A stretch of DNA of 64,000 bases. It comes from Vicinamibacterales bacterium. GTDB lineage: Bacteria; Acidobacteriota; Vicinamibacteria; Vicinamibacterales; UBA8438. The translations under genes were made by a program, and so were the position numbers. The stretch lies in assembly GCA_965262985.1 (NCBI GenBank), contig OZ253576.1:5641213-5705212 (forward strand), in the 5' to 3' direction. Every line of letters starts with the position of its first letter. Within the stretch, counting starts at the first letter, position 1. Positions 52,429 to 62,223 of the stretch are shown here, in pieces. Under the pieces are notes generated by a model. It had not been told where the DNA came from. It saw only the letters and a list, made by a program, of their open reading frames with translations, and made no database searches.

Positions 52429-53169
52429 ATGCGTACACTGATTTTCGTCGCGTTCGTCCTGATCGGAGGCGTCGCGCAAGCTCAACCACTGCCCGATTAC
52501 AGCCACCCGCCCTACTCCTACCAAACCACAGCCGAACCACGCGTCACGCTGTTCCCCTCCGTCGTGATCATGGGCGACGGTGAAGGCACAACACGACACG
52601 GGACGCTCCGCACGGACGCCACAGCCCAGTTGATGCTGCACGTCCAATGCGACCCAGCGCAGGGGCTTCAGGTGCTCTTCGGCACGGAAGATATGACGTG
52701 GCCCGAGCACATGAGCAACCCACGATATACGTCCACGGTGCAGTGGTTGATGGACGGAGAACAACGCCGATCCGAGTCATGGACGTTGCATAAGTCTACG
52801 GGTTGGCTGCTTGATCCAGACGGCGGCGATTTCAGACCGCCGTACGGCGCCGACTACCCTCCTAAATTGACCACGCGCGTAAAACTCGCCGCGCCACAGC
52901 CGGATGCGTTCGTGGACACCGTGATCCAGGCCGCGCAACGCGGATCACGGTGGCTCCAGGTCGCAATCGAGGATTGGTATGTCGGTCGCTGTTGTCTCTT
53001 ACGACCCGTCTACGGCAATCGCAATGATCACGAACATACCGGGTGGGCATGGGGCGGATTGGGTATCAAGAGTGAGGCGATGTCCGCCTTCTTCGACGTC
53101 AGCCTGACGCCGATGGTCATACCTATTATCATCGACCAATGCACGGAGGCTGCGGCCGCAACGCGATAA
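52429..53169 (+). CDS. IS1595 cargo secreted protein (246 aa)
   Basis: RBS AAAGGAG; signal peptide MRTLIFVAFVLIGGVAQA. Confidence 0.75.
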   Translation: MRTLIFVAFVLIGGVAQAQPLPDYSHPPYSYQTTAEPRVTLFPSVVIMGDGEGTTRHGTLRTDATAQLMLHVQCDPAQGLQVLFGTEDMTWPEHMSNPRYTSTVQWLMDGEQRRSESWTLHKSTGWLLDPDGGDFRPPYGADYPPKLTTRVKLAAPQPDAFVDTVIQAAQRGSRWLQVAIEDWYVGRCCLLRPVYGNRNDHEHTGWAWGGLGIKSEAMSAFFDVSLTPMVIPIIIDQCTEAAAATR

Positions 53170-53209
53170 TATTTAAACTGCCTCACTACCGAGGGATTGC
53201 AGCCGGGAT

Positions 53210-53503
53210 TCAGTCCAAGTCGACATCGAAGAGGCTCAGGTCGCGGGTAAGTTGGCAGATCTGGGCGCGGGTGTTATTGCGCTTGGTCCATATCTCAACG
53301 ATCTCGGCATCATCTGGAATTAGACCCTCGGCCCCATAGAGGCGCTCGTTGCGGACGGTGATCTGATCGGGAGTGGCGTAGGACTTCCGAAGCAGGTCCA
53401 GACAGCGAAACCACCGGGCGTCGATATCAGGGAGGGCCTTGCGAAGTGTCTGCCGCTCTTGAATCAGGGCGACTATTTTGCCGTTGCTCTCTGCCTCGGT
53501 CAT
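53210..53503 (-). CDS. IS1595 cargo hypothetical protein (97 aa)
   Basis: ATGA overlap with the transposase stop. Confidence 0.6.
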   Translation of the reverse strand: MTEAESNGKIVALIQERQTLRKALPDIDARWFRCLDLLRKSYATPDQITVRNERLYGAEGLIPDDAEIVEIWTKRNNTRAQICQLTRDLSLFDVDLD

Positions 53504-54492
53504 AGTCGGATTGTATCATCCTCTCGGAGCGCGACCGCCTCGCCGCTCCCGTGATCGATCAGGTCAGCGTACTTGAGTCGCTTGCCTTCGGCGCTGGTGA
53601 CCATCTGCGCCATCTGTTCGATAGTGTCGAGCGGACGGGCGTTGTGGCGGCCCTCGAACTCACCCACGTAGCGGTGAAGGTGGTCGGGACTCATCTTGTG
53701 GAACGTGCCGACGTACCCGCGTTTCAGCATGCTCCAGAACGATTCGATGCCGTTGGTGTGCGCCATTCCCCGGACGTACTCGCCAACCGAGTGCTTGACG
53801 CTCTCGCGTCCAGCCAGTCCGGCGTAGGCGGTTGCGTCGTCGGTGTAGATCGTCGCGCCGGGGGCCGTGTTATCGGTGACGAAACCTTGCAGGGTCGGGG
53901 CGTCCACGCGCTCGACAACGGTCGCCCGGACGCGCTTTGTCTGGCGGTCCTTGATGCCCGCGATGGCCATCTTGTCCGCGCCACCGCGTCCCGTCAACTG
54001 CTGGCGCTGGCTGCGGTGCATGTTCTTCGCCTTGCCGCCGACGAACGTCTCGTCCGCCTCGACTGGTCCCTCGAACTGGATCGTCTGGCTGGTAAGCGTC
54101 TCGCGGATACGGTGCGCCAAGTGCCAGGCCGTCCGTTGCGTAACGTGCAACTCGCGGTGTAGCTTCATGCTGCTGATGCCCTTCAGGTTGGTCGCCACGA
54201 GGTAAATCCCAATCGCCCAGACCTGGAACCCGAGCTTGCTACTCTGGAGCACCGTGCCGGTTCTGACACTGAACCGCTTCCGGCAACCCTTCTCACGGCA
54301 GCGGTACGGCATCGTCTTGTGCTTCGCGCCGACCAAGACGCGCTCACTGCCGCAGTAGTGGCAGCAGATCCCCGCTGGCCACCGTGAGCGGATGAACCAC
54401 GCTTCGGCGGCGGCATCGTCTGGAAACATCGTGAACAGGTCGATCAGACTGACGCCGTTCCGGTCGCAACGCCCTGGTGCTGTCTGACTCAT
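53500..54492 (-). CDS. IS1595-family transposase (copy 2)
   Basis: CCHYCGS, VEADETFVGG, IYTDD, HTNGIESFW, YVGEF. Confidence 0.93.
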   Translation of the reverse strand: MSQTAPGRCDRNGVSLIDLFTMFPDDAAAEAWFIRSRWPAGICCHYCGSERVLVGAKHKTMPYRCREKGCRKRFSVRTGTVLQSSKLGFQVWAIGIYLVATNLKGISSMKLHRELHVTQRTAWHLAHRIRETLTSQTIQFEGPVEADETFVGGKAKNMHRSQRQQLTGRGGADKMAIAGIKDRQTKRVRATVVERVDAPTLQGFVTDNTAPGATIYTDDATAYAGLAGRESVKHSVGEYVRGMAHTNGIESFWSMLKRGYVGTFHKMSPDHLHRYVGEFEGRHNARPLDTIEQMAQMVTSAEGKRLKYADLIDHGSGEAVALREDDTIRL

Positions 54493-54901
54493 ACTTACAG
54501 TATGGTGCCAACTTCAGCGGGGATCAAGAACAAAATGGGAACTTTGCGATATAATCCCCCAAATTAAGGCCGAGGAATTCACGGCCCAGGAAATGCGCGA
54601 GAGCCTCCCGACCGTACTCCAGAAGCCTCGAATCCTTCGCAAGTACGAGAAGGGCGATGTCACCCTAGAAGATGCCTTCTACCGGGCGAAAATCAGTAGC
54701 ACCGAACAGCGCCTCAAGAAGGTCCGAGATGCATTGGACGACATTGAAAGAAAAGACATTAATCTTCTGGAACACAATGAGATCAAGGCCGTACAACAGG
54801 TCGTCAGGCATATTCGTCAACGCCTAAAGCGTGTCTCGGATATGATTGACGTCAGAACTACCACCACGGAGGGCTGACGAACCCGAATCCTCATTGGAAC
54901 C

Positions 54902-56548
54902 ATGACCAACAAGAACATCCTGCTCGTCGAACCGGGATACCCCAACAAGTATCCGCCGCTCGGTCTCATGAAGATCGCCGCGTACCATGGCTCGAATGGA
55001 CGTGGCGACAACGTCCGCTTCGTGAAAGGCGAGAATCCCGAGGTCCTCGCGGACGTCTGGGACCGCGTCTACGTAACCACTCTTTTCAGTTTCGAGTGGA
55101 AGCGGACGTCCGCCGCCATCGACTTTGCCTTGCGCGCCGTCCGCGGTCAGGCAGAACGGGTCTTTGTCGGCGGCATCGCGGCCACATTGATGTTGGACGA
55201 GTTTGTCCGCGAGCCACGCTGGGCGGGGATACGCTTCATCAAGGGCCTTCTTGACCAGCCGCCTGCTCTCTCCCTGCAGCTTTCCTCCGAGGACGGCGAT
55301 TTCGGTGGCGACGACGTTACCAACACGCCGATCGAGGAGCTGGTTCCCGATTACAGCATACTCAAGCAGATACCCTACACCTATCCCCTGCGCAATGCCT
55401 ACTTCGGATACGCGTCTCGGGGCTGCGTCCGGAAATGTTCATTCTGCGGCGTCCCAAAGCTGGAGGGCGCCCAGCGCGAGATGCCTCCGATCACTAGCCT
55501 CGTCGTCGGCGTAGACAAGCAGTTTGGTCCCAAGAAGGACCTCGTCCTCATGGACAACAACGTCGTCGCCAGTTCCCGATACAGGGAGGTGGTCGCCGAG
55601 ATTCGTGATATCGGGTTCCAGAGAGGCGCTCTTTTCGAAAGACCGGGCTCGCTGCCTGTCAAACGACGCGTCGACTTCAACCAAGGGGTCGACGCCCGCA
55701 TCCTCTCGAAGACTCCTATGTACCTCAAGGAAATGGCGACGATCTGCATAGACCCACTGCGCATCGCCTTCGACCACGTCGGTATGCGCCGGGTCTACGA
55801 GCGTTCCGTGGAAACGGCCGCCGATTACGGGCTGAGGTCGCTGTCCAACTACATGCTCTACAACTTCATGGACACGCCGAGCGACCTCTACGAGCGGATG
55901 AGAATCAACATCGAGCTCAACGAGCGCCTCGGTATCCGGATTTGGTCCTTCCCAATGCGGTACCTGCCCGTCACGATGAAGGACCGTTCACACGTTGGCA
56001 AGAACTGGAACCGCTACTACCTCAGGTCCTTCCAGATCATGCTCCAAGCCACACACGGCGTCGTGTCAGGCAACAACAACTTCTTCCTTAGGGCCTTTGG
56101 GAGCAGCGAAGAAGAATTCGAGCGGCTTCTCGCATTGCCACACGCGTTCATTTTCCAGCGGGACTTCTACGAACATGGAGAGGGCAGAGCGGTTCTCGAC
56201 GAGTACCTTGCCCTGCAGCGGCGTATGACGAAAGCACAGCGTACAGAACTCATCGGTCTGCTCAGCGAAACCCTGCTTGCTCGACCTCGCCGCCAAGCGT
56301 TCATTCGCCTACTCTCCGACAAGTCCACAGGACAGCTAATCCGAGAACTCGCGCGATTCCACGCGATCGACACGAAAGCTCCAAAGGTCACTGACATCGT
56401 CCAAGTCTTCCCGGAGCTCACCCCCGAGCACATGCTTCCGGAGCCCGACGCACTCGTCGAGGACGCCGGGCTCTACGAGCCGCTTGAGCCGACAACCGAA
56501 CTCATCCCCGTGACCACGCTGACCGCGGACGGTGCTGATGTCCGATGA
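54902..56548 (+). CDS. Radical SAM enzyme with an N-terminal cobalamin-binding-like domain (548 aa)
   Basis: CxxxCxxC (SRGCVRKCSFC). N-terminal ILLVEP...YPPLGLMKIAAY...VFVGGIAATL is typical of class B (B12) radical SAM enzymes. DFNQGVDAR and YMLYNF are also present. Confidence 0.88.
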   Translation: MTNKNILLVEPGYPNKYPPLGLMKIAAYHGSNGRGDNVRFVKGENPEVLADVWDRVYVTTLFSFEWKRTSAAIDFALRAVRGQAERVFVGGIAATLMLDEFVREPRWAGIRFIKGLLDQPPALSLQLSSEDGDFGGDDVTNTPIEELVPDYSILKQIPYTYPLRNAYFGYASRGCVRKCSFCGVPKLEGAQREMPPITSLVVGVDKQFGPKKDLVLMDNNVVASSRYREVVAEIRDIGFQRGALFERPGSLPVKRRVDFNQGVDARILSKTPMYLKEMATICIDPLRIAFDHVGMRRVYERSVETAADYGLRSLSNYMLYNFMDTPSDLYERMRINIELNERLGIRIWSFPMRYLPVTMKDRSHVGKNWNRYYLRSFQIMLQATHGVVSGNNNFFLRAFGSSEEEFERLLALPHAFIFQRDFYEHGEGRAVLDEYLALQRRMTKAQRTELIGLLSETLLARPRRQAFIRLLSDKSTGQLIRELARFHAIDTKAPKVTDIVQVFPELTPEHMLPEPDALVEDAGLYEPLEPTTELIPVTTLTADGADVR

Positions 56549-59506
56549 CGCCCTCGTCGGAGGCGACATGCTCCGCCTCGTCACGGCCGGCATGTACGGC
56601 AATCCACTCGTCATCTATCGCGAATATCTCCAGAACGCCGCCGACTCCTTCGCCTCGTTCGGCGATGGCACCGGCTCGGTGAACGTCACCATCGAACCAG
56701 TCGAGTCCCAGATCACCATCATGGATGATGGGACCGGGCTTTCACCGACCGATGCCGTCCGTCGCCTAGCAGCCCGTGGCAGAAGGGGCTGATTGTCAAT
56801 CGAGAATCGCGTGTCCGTATTGGCGTGTCGCCGGACCATCCCACGACGAATCGGGCCGATCATGGCGCTCCGGGGCCCAGAAGCGCCGCACACGCCCCCA
56901 GCAGCCGCTCAGGAGGCCGATCAGCGCGCCCAGACGCGCCGCCGCGCGGCCCTGGAGGCTCCGCGGCGTGCCGACGCCCGTCAGGTGCCGCATGAGCAAC
57001 CCGAGATTGACGCCGCAGACCTGGACGAGCAGCCGTTTCAGGATGTTGGGATGCCCGCGCAGATGCACGCGGCGCATCCGGCCGGTCTCGTAGAGATGCG
57101 CGTTGGGCCGTTCCACCAGCTCGCCCCGCTGCCGCAGCAGCCGTTTCCCGCGTGCGCCTCGGATCCGCCGGCGGTTGGCATACACCGCGTCCCGCGCGGC
57201 CGCCTGGCCCTTCCAGTGCCGTCGGCCGCGGTCCGGCTCCGAGACGTAGCTGCGGACGCCGATGGCCGCAAACCCGACCATCGTCTCGTTACTGTGATAC
57301 CCCTTGTCGGCCACGACCTCCGCGATCCCCGGCGCGCCGACCGCCTCGACCTGCTCGGCAGCCGTGACGAGCGTGTCGACCAGGGTCGTCGTGTCGCCCG
57401 CACTCGCGTCCTGCACCGTCACGCCCACGATGGCGCCTGTTTCCAGGTCGACCGCATGCTCGGCGGTGTGCGCCAGATGCGTGCGGCCGTCCTTCATCTT
57501 GGCGATCTTCGCGTCCGGATCGTGCGGGTGGGTCCAGTCCGCGTTCGAGCCCTTCTTCTTGCGGGTCCGGTCGAACCGGGCCAACTCGGCGCGCGTCGGC
57601 GTCGAGAGGCCGGACGCCTCGGCCAGCCGGGTCAGAAATGCGTCGTAGCTCTCGCCCGTGTCCCGCCGCACGATGCTCCGCATCGCCGCATTGGCTTCCA
57701 GCGTCGTGGCATCGATCCCCACCGTGCGCCCCACCACCAGCGTGGCGTCGGCCAGTCGCTGCAATACCCAGGTAAACACCGCCTGGTGGGTCTCGAGGTC
57801 AATCAGGCGACGGGTGCGCGACAGCGTCGAGTGGTCCGGCGGGGCCTCGTGGAGGGCGAAGTCCAGAAACGTGCGAATGCTCAGCGAGTCGGCGGCGCGC
57901 CATGCGATCGCTCGTTCCGAGTCCAGACCCTCAAAGTAGCCGAGCAACAGCAGCCGGAAATAGCGGCCCGGCGCCAGACTCGGCCGGCCGACCCCGTCCG
58001 CGTAGAACGACGCGCACTGCGCTTCCACGAACGCATCGAACCCCGCCTCGTCGAGCACCCGATTCAGCCGCTCGTAAAACGGGTGCCCCGCGCTCTTCGG
58101 CAGATCCGCCGTGGGCACCCACATCGTCGCTTGCCGCGTTCGACCGCAGCTTGTCCCCATCGCCATGCACGACAGTATAGGACACAGGACCGATCATGTC
58201 GATCCCTGGAATGGGGGACTTTCACCACGGGCTGCTAGTCCACATAGGCAATAGCATCAAAGTTCCCGGCGTCGACCGTGGGCTACGCGGCATCGGTCGA
58301 CTATCGGCGCTCGCCTTCGCTGAGAACGTCCACTTCACGACGCGCACGCGTGCCTCAGAACCCGTGACTCGGGTGTCCTGGAGTGGTCGTGCATTGCGCG
58401 AACTCGACATCTCCCACGTTGATGCCAGGACCGCGATCAAAGCCTGCACAACCGTCCAGTCGCTGCCTGACGACCACTGGCCCGATCGATTCTTCCAGGT
58501 GACCGTCGACCGGGTGACCCGACACGCCGCTTCCACCATTCTCAATCAGGACGCGGTTAGGAGCTACATCGGCGAAGTCTGCCCAGTTCCCCTGGCCTCC
58601 TCCTTCCCGCTTGCACGCGAGATCCGGGAGTTTCTTGCCGCGCACACGGACTACTTCGTGCTCGACGTACGGCTCAACGGAGACGACGCGCCGATTGTGC
58701 GGCCTTTCAGGCAGACAATCCCCCTAACGGACGACTATTCGGCCGTATTCGAGCGGCTGGAAACACGCGTCGTTCCTCAACTCGACCAAGACCGCCCTGC
58801 CGCCGTTCTGTGGTTCGCCCACACACCCTATGCCGGTTCCATACCCCAACGACTGGCCATCCGCGGCCTTCGCGCACGTGCCGGGAACATCCAGATAGGC
58901 CCGGACGACATCTTCGAACACCTTTTTCACGAAACGCGGTTCAACGGTTGGTGCGTCGGCGAGGTCCATGTAGTCGACAGTCGCATAGTCCCGAACGGTC
59001 GGCGCGACTACTTCGAGTCCAGCCCCCATCTCCGCAACCTTGAGAACCACATCGGCGCCATCGCGCACGAAATCAGCTCCCAGTGCCGTCGCGCGTCATC
59101 CCAGCGAAACAAGCTTCGCTCCGTAAGAGCGGCCATCAATCAGATCAAGCGCGCCTGCGACTTGGCCGCCTCCGGGTACCTCCGTGCAGAAGACGCCGCC
59201 GAACTGCTCGAGCGCCAGCGCGAGCGCCTCATCCAGATTAGGCAGACCCGCCAACAGGTCCAAGGCTCGACGTCGCACTCTGACCTAGACGAACTCGACC
59301 TCTGTGAGAGTCAACTAGACGCCGTCGAGCTCAACGCCGCCCGGTCGCTGAACGGCGTCTCGCCTGACTCCGTTCCCACTCTCCGATCGGCTTTCGGTGC
59401 GCTTGCCGAAGCCATGCCGCCGGATACCGCCATGGACATGATAGAGACCATCCTGCGCCGGCTGTCCGGTGAACTGTCGGCTCCCAATTCTGTCAATAGG
59501 CTTTGA
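56538..59506 (+). pseudogene. GHKL (HSP90/MutL/MORC-like) ATPase (56538-56769 + 58239-59506; 499 aa reconstructed), interrupted by an IS1182-like element
   Basis: N box REYLQNAADS, G1 DDGTG, then across CTAG VRRL-VHIGNSIK and G2 GLRGIGRLS, in frame. Confidence 0.88.
56770..58234 (-). mobile_element. IS1182/IS5-like element copy 2 (1465 bp; transposase 56796-58166)
   Basis: Inverted near-identical copy of 46761-48225; CTAG at 56766-56769 and 58235-58238. Confidence 0.93.
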
Positions 59507-59904
59507 ATCTTGACCTACATATTGGAGTGCGCCCCTTGAAGTGGACAGGGTCAGGCCGCGGTTTTTACAGGGCGCGGGCAGGATGCACAGGCTCGTGGGC
59601 CTGGAATCAGCCACCGACGGGTTGCTGTGGGGCTCCACCGGCTCGACGAGAGCCAGCGGGGGCCGAACGCCAACCGCCGGATGTCGGTGCTCGACGGTCG
59701 GCGGTATCTCGTCGTGCCTCGGCCGGCCCCACTTGCACGGTGAACTGATCGCGCTGCCGTGACGTCGCGGTCCTGGCTGACGCATCGCGGTGAGCGTTGA
59801 ACCGATGCCGCCGGCGTCGCCGCGGCTGGTATGATCCGTAGAACGCGGCGCTACGGACCGCCAGATCCCTCCGGCAGACTACCGACAACCGCTGAATGGG
59901 ACCG

Positions 59905-60763
59905 ATGCACTCCACCACACCCTCGCCCGCCGAGATTGTCGACCGCACGTTGAGGTTGATGCGCGAGCCGCTGGCCGGCTTCGTGCAGGAGATGACAGCG
60001 AAGGCGGTCACAGAAGGACTCACCGACGAGAACACGATCGACCGCGAGGTCGCCAAGATCGTTTATGGAAAGAAAATCGCAGCGCTGGACACGAGGAGCC
60101 TGCTGAAGCTGATGGAGCGGGTGTGGAATCCGGTTCTTCTGGGACAAGCCCGGAAAGCCGGGACGGTCGTATGCGACAGAACTGCACTTCTTCAGCAACG
60201 AGCGATCGCACCAGCACGACGCGAAGACGTTCGACGCGGGGCGTTTCGTCGACACCGCGATGCCGCTGCTGGTCGAATGCGGAATCGATCTGCCGGACGA
60301 TCTGCAAGACGTGCACCAGGCCACCTGGTGCGGCTCGGAACCGACGATCACAACCAAGGCCGAGGGTGAAACCGAAGGCACGGGCGCAACAGGAGTCGAA
60401 GATCTGATCCGAGACACGACCACGGTCCTCGAAGAGCGTCTCGCGCACCTGAGTGCGGCAGTGGCTCACGGCAACGAAACTCTCGCCGTGCTTCTCGAAC
60501 GCGGTGGAAGGAAAGCGGGCGAACCGGGACAGTCAGAGACGTGGCAGGAGGCGTGCACGGACCGGCAGGCAGGAGCGATATTCCGCCTGCTGCTGGAACT
60601 CGGGGTGAGCACGGCGGACGACGACGCCGTCGGCGCTCTCGCCGACCGTGGATTCGACGGCTCTCACATCAAAACGTGGTGCCAGCAACGGTACACGAAG
60701 GTGGAGGCGGACAAGAAGATCAAGGCGCTCAACCGGAAGGTGAGCGAGTCGCGGAACCGCTGA
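59905..60763 (+). pseudogene. Swt1-like HEPN-domain protein, frameshifted near 60160-60175
   Basis: LDTRSLLKLMERVWN in one frame, ATELHFFSNERSHQH...RFVDTAMPLL in the next. Family call is tentative. Confidence 0.55.
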
Positions 60764-61276
60764 CGAGACCGAGCAGAACTCCGCGCTGCCGCAGCTGTCC
60801 GACCGCGAGGCACTGTCAGAAGTTCTTGAGTGTCAACGGTCGCCCGAAAGGGCGTCATTCTGGACAGTTCGTCGACCACAACATGTAGGGGGTCAAGATT
60901 TGGCATCGTCGGCAAGAGCCAGTCTGGACGAGCGTGCGCGGAGCCGGGGTCAAGGCCTTGAGCCCCGCGAAGCTGGGGCGGAGCGGAGCGACGCGCCTTG
61001 ACGCTGGCGAGCACACGCGCACGCTGACGGTCTGACGATTCCGCCGGTGACCACAACATCTTGCGGTCGACACGAGTCCAGAATTCGGCGGTTGCTCGCG
61101 CTCGCGAACACTTGAGGCGTGCGCGCACGTCGGGCGATAGTAGTGATCGACCGTCTGCCCGGTCTTGACGTCGCCGGCTCCCGGATGTACTCTACTTCTT
61201 GAGGCGCAAGCACGTCTTGCCCTCTTTCCGAGGCCCGCGCTCCGGCGCGGGCTTTCGTGTTTCTGAAGGTCCATGG

Positions 61277-62020
61277 ATGACGTATTTCGCCTACCTTGAC
61301 GAATTCGGACACATCGGTCCGTACGTCAGCCGCACAGACCCAAGATACAAGGACAGTCCGGTGTTCGGTCTCGCGGGATTCGTGCTGCCGGCTGCAGAAG
61401 TGCGCGGGTTCGGGACATGGTTCTTCCAGCGCAAGTGCCAGATGCTTGATTTCGAGATCAAGCGGTCGGGTGAACACCCGGCCGTGTGGGAGAAGAAGGG
61501 GGCCAGCCTCTTCACCGTCACCAACGTGACTCGATATCGTGAGCTTCGAGAGTTCACGAATCGGTTGTTCAACAAGATCGAGGGACTCGGTGGTTTCGTC
61601 TTCTACGTCGGGGTCAGGAAGACCGCGGCACCAGCCGCGCACCGTCCGAACCGGCTCTACGCGAGAGTGTTTCTCGAGGCGATCAAGCGGATCGACGAGT
61701 TTTGTGAAGAGGAATGCGACCAGCGCGGCAGTTTTATCGTGATTCTCGACGAGCATGATCAACGCTCGTCGCTGATCACCGAGGCCGGGCGAAGCATGTA
61801 CGGGAAGAACGAACGGCGCCGGCATCTCATCGAGCCGCCGTTCCATGTAGAAAGCCACCGCTATCAGACAATTCAGGTGGCCGACTGGATTGCCGGGCTG
61901 GTGGGAAGGCTGGGGGCGATCTGGGCCGATCCGGTGGCCTATCCCGAAAACGAGGTGTTCCGCCGTTATTTCGAGCACCGCGTGAATCACGTGAGCCACC
62001 GGAGCGGAATCCGGACATAG
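61277..62020 (+). CDS. DUF3800 (RNase H-like) protein
   Basis: YLDEFGH, PVFGLAG, VESHRYQTIQVADWIAG. Confidence 0.8.
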   Translation: MTYFAYLDEFGHIGPYVSRTDPRYKDSPVFGLAGFVLPAAEVRGFGTWFFQRKCQMLDFEIKRSGEHPAVWEKKGASLFTVTNVTRYRELREFTNRLFNKIEGLGGFVFYVGVRKTAAPAAHRPNRLYARVFLEAIKRIDEFCEEECDQRGSFIVILDEHDQRSSLITEAGRSMYGKNERRRHLIEPPFHVESHRYQTIQVADWIAGLVGRLGAIWADPVAYPENEVFRRYFEHRVNHVSHRSGIRT

Positions 62021-62223
62021 GCTTTCCTCGCCGTACAGGTAAGCCGTCAGGAATAATCCTGAGAAGGGCTGCCTCTCTACCCGAACAGAACGCACCGCGA
62101 GACTGCCGTTGGCCTGCACTATTCGTGAAGGTCCAGATTCAACCGCCGAAAGATCGTGATCGCGCGCAGGAATGGGTCTTGGACATCGCCGCCGGCAAGC
62201 GGAGCCGGGGTTTGCGCAGCCGA

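Larger units (their letters stand above)
51616..54560 (-). mobile_element. IS1595-family cargo element (2945 bp) with four passenger ORFs
   Basis: 25-bp TIR gggggattatatcgcaaagtgccca / tgggaactttgcgatataatccccc (1 mismatch). aaatta is duplicated (51610-51615, 54561-54566) and overlaps the C-run, so the TSD may be up to 8-9 bp. Confidence 0.92.
50916..54877 (+). pseudogene. ParB/Srx-like protein B (50916-51615 + 54567-54877; 336 aa reconstructed), interrupted by IS1595
   Basis: PDNPR, IKRDGGLQDPIII, IEGNSRLAA, HLHGRTEWSPYAKA. Splicing gives ...VFSQI-KAEEFTAQEMRESLP... in frame. Confidence 0.85.

Noticed and set aside
46761-58234. The operon core arrived as an existing composite transposon
   Set aside because: Each IS copy splits a gene that rejoins in frame across its own CTAG, so these are two independent insertions into a resident operon.
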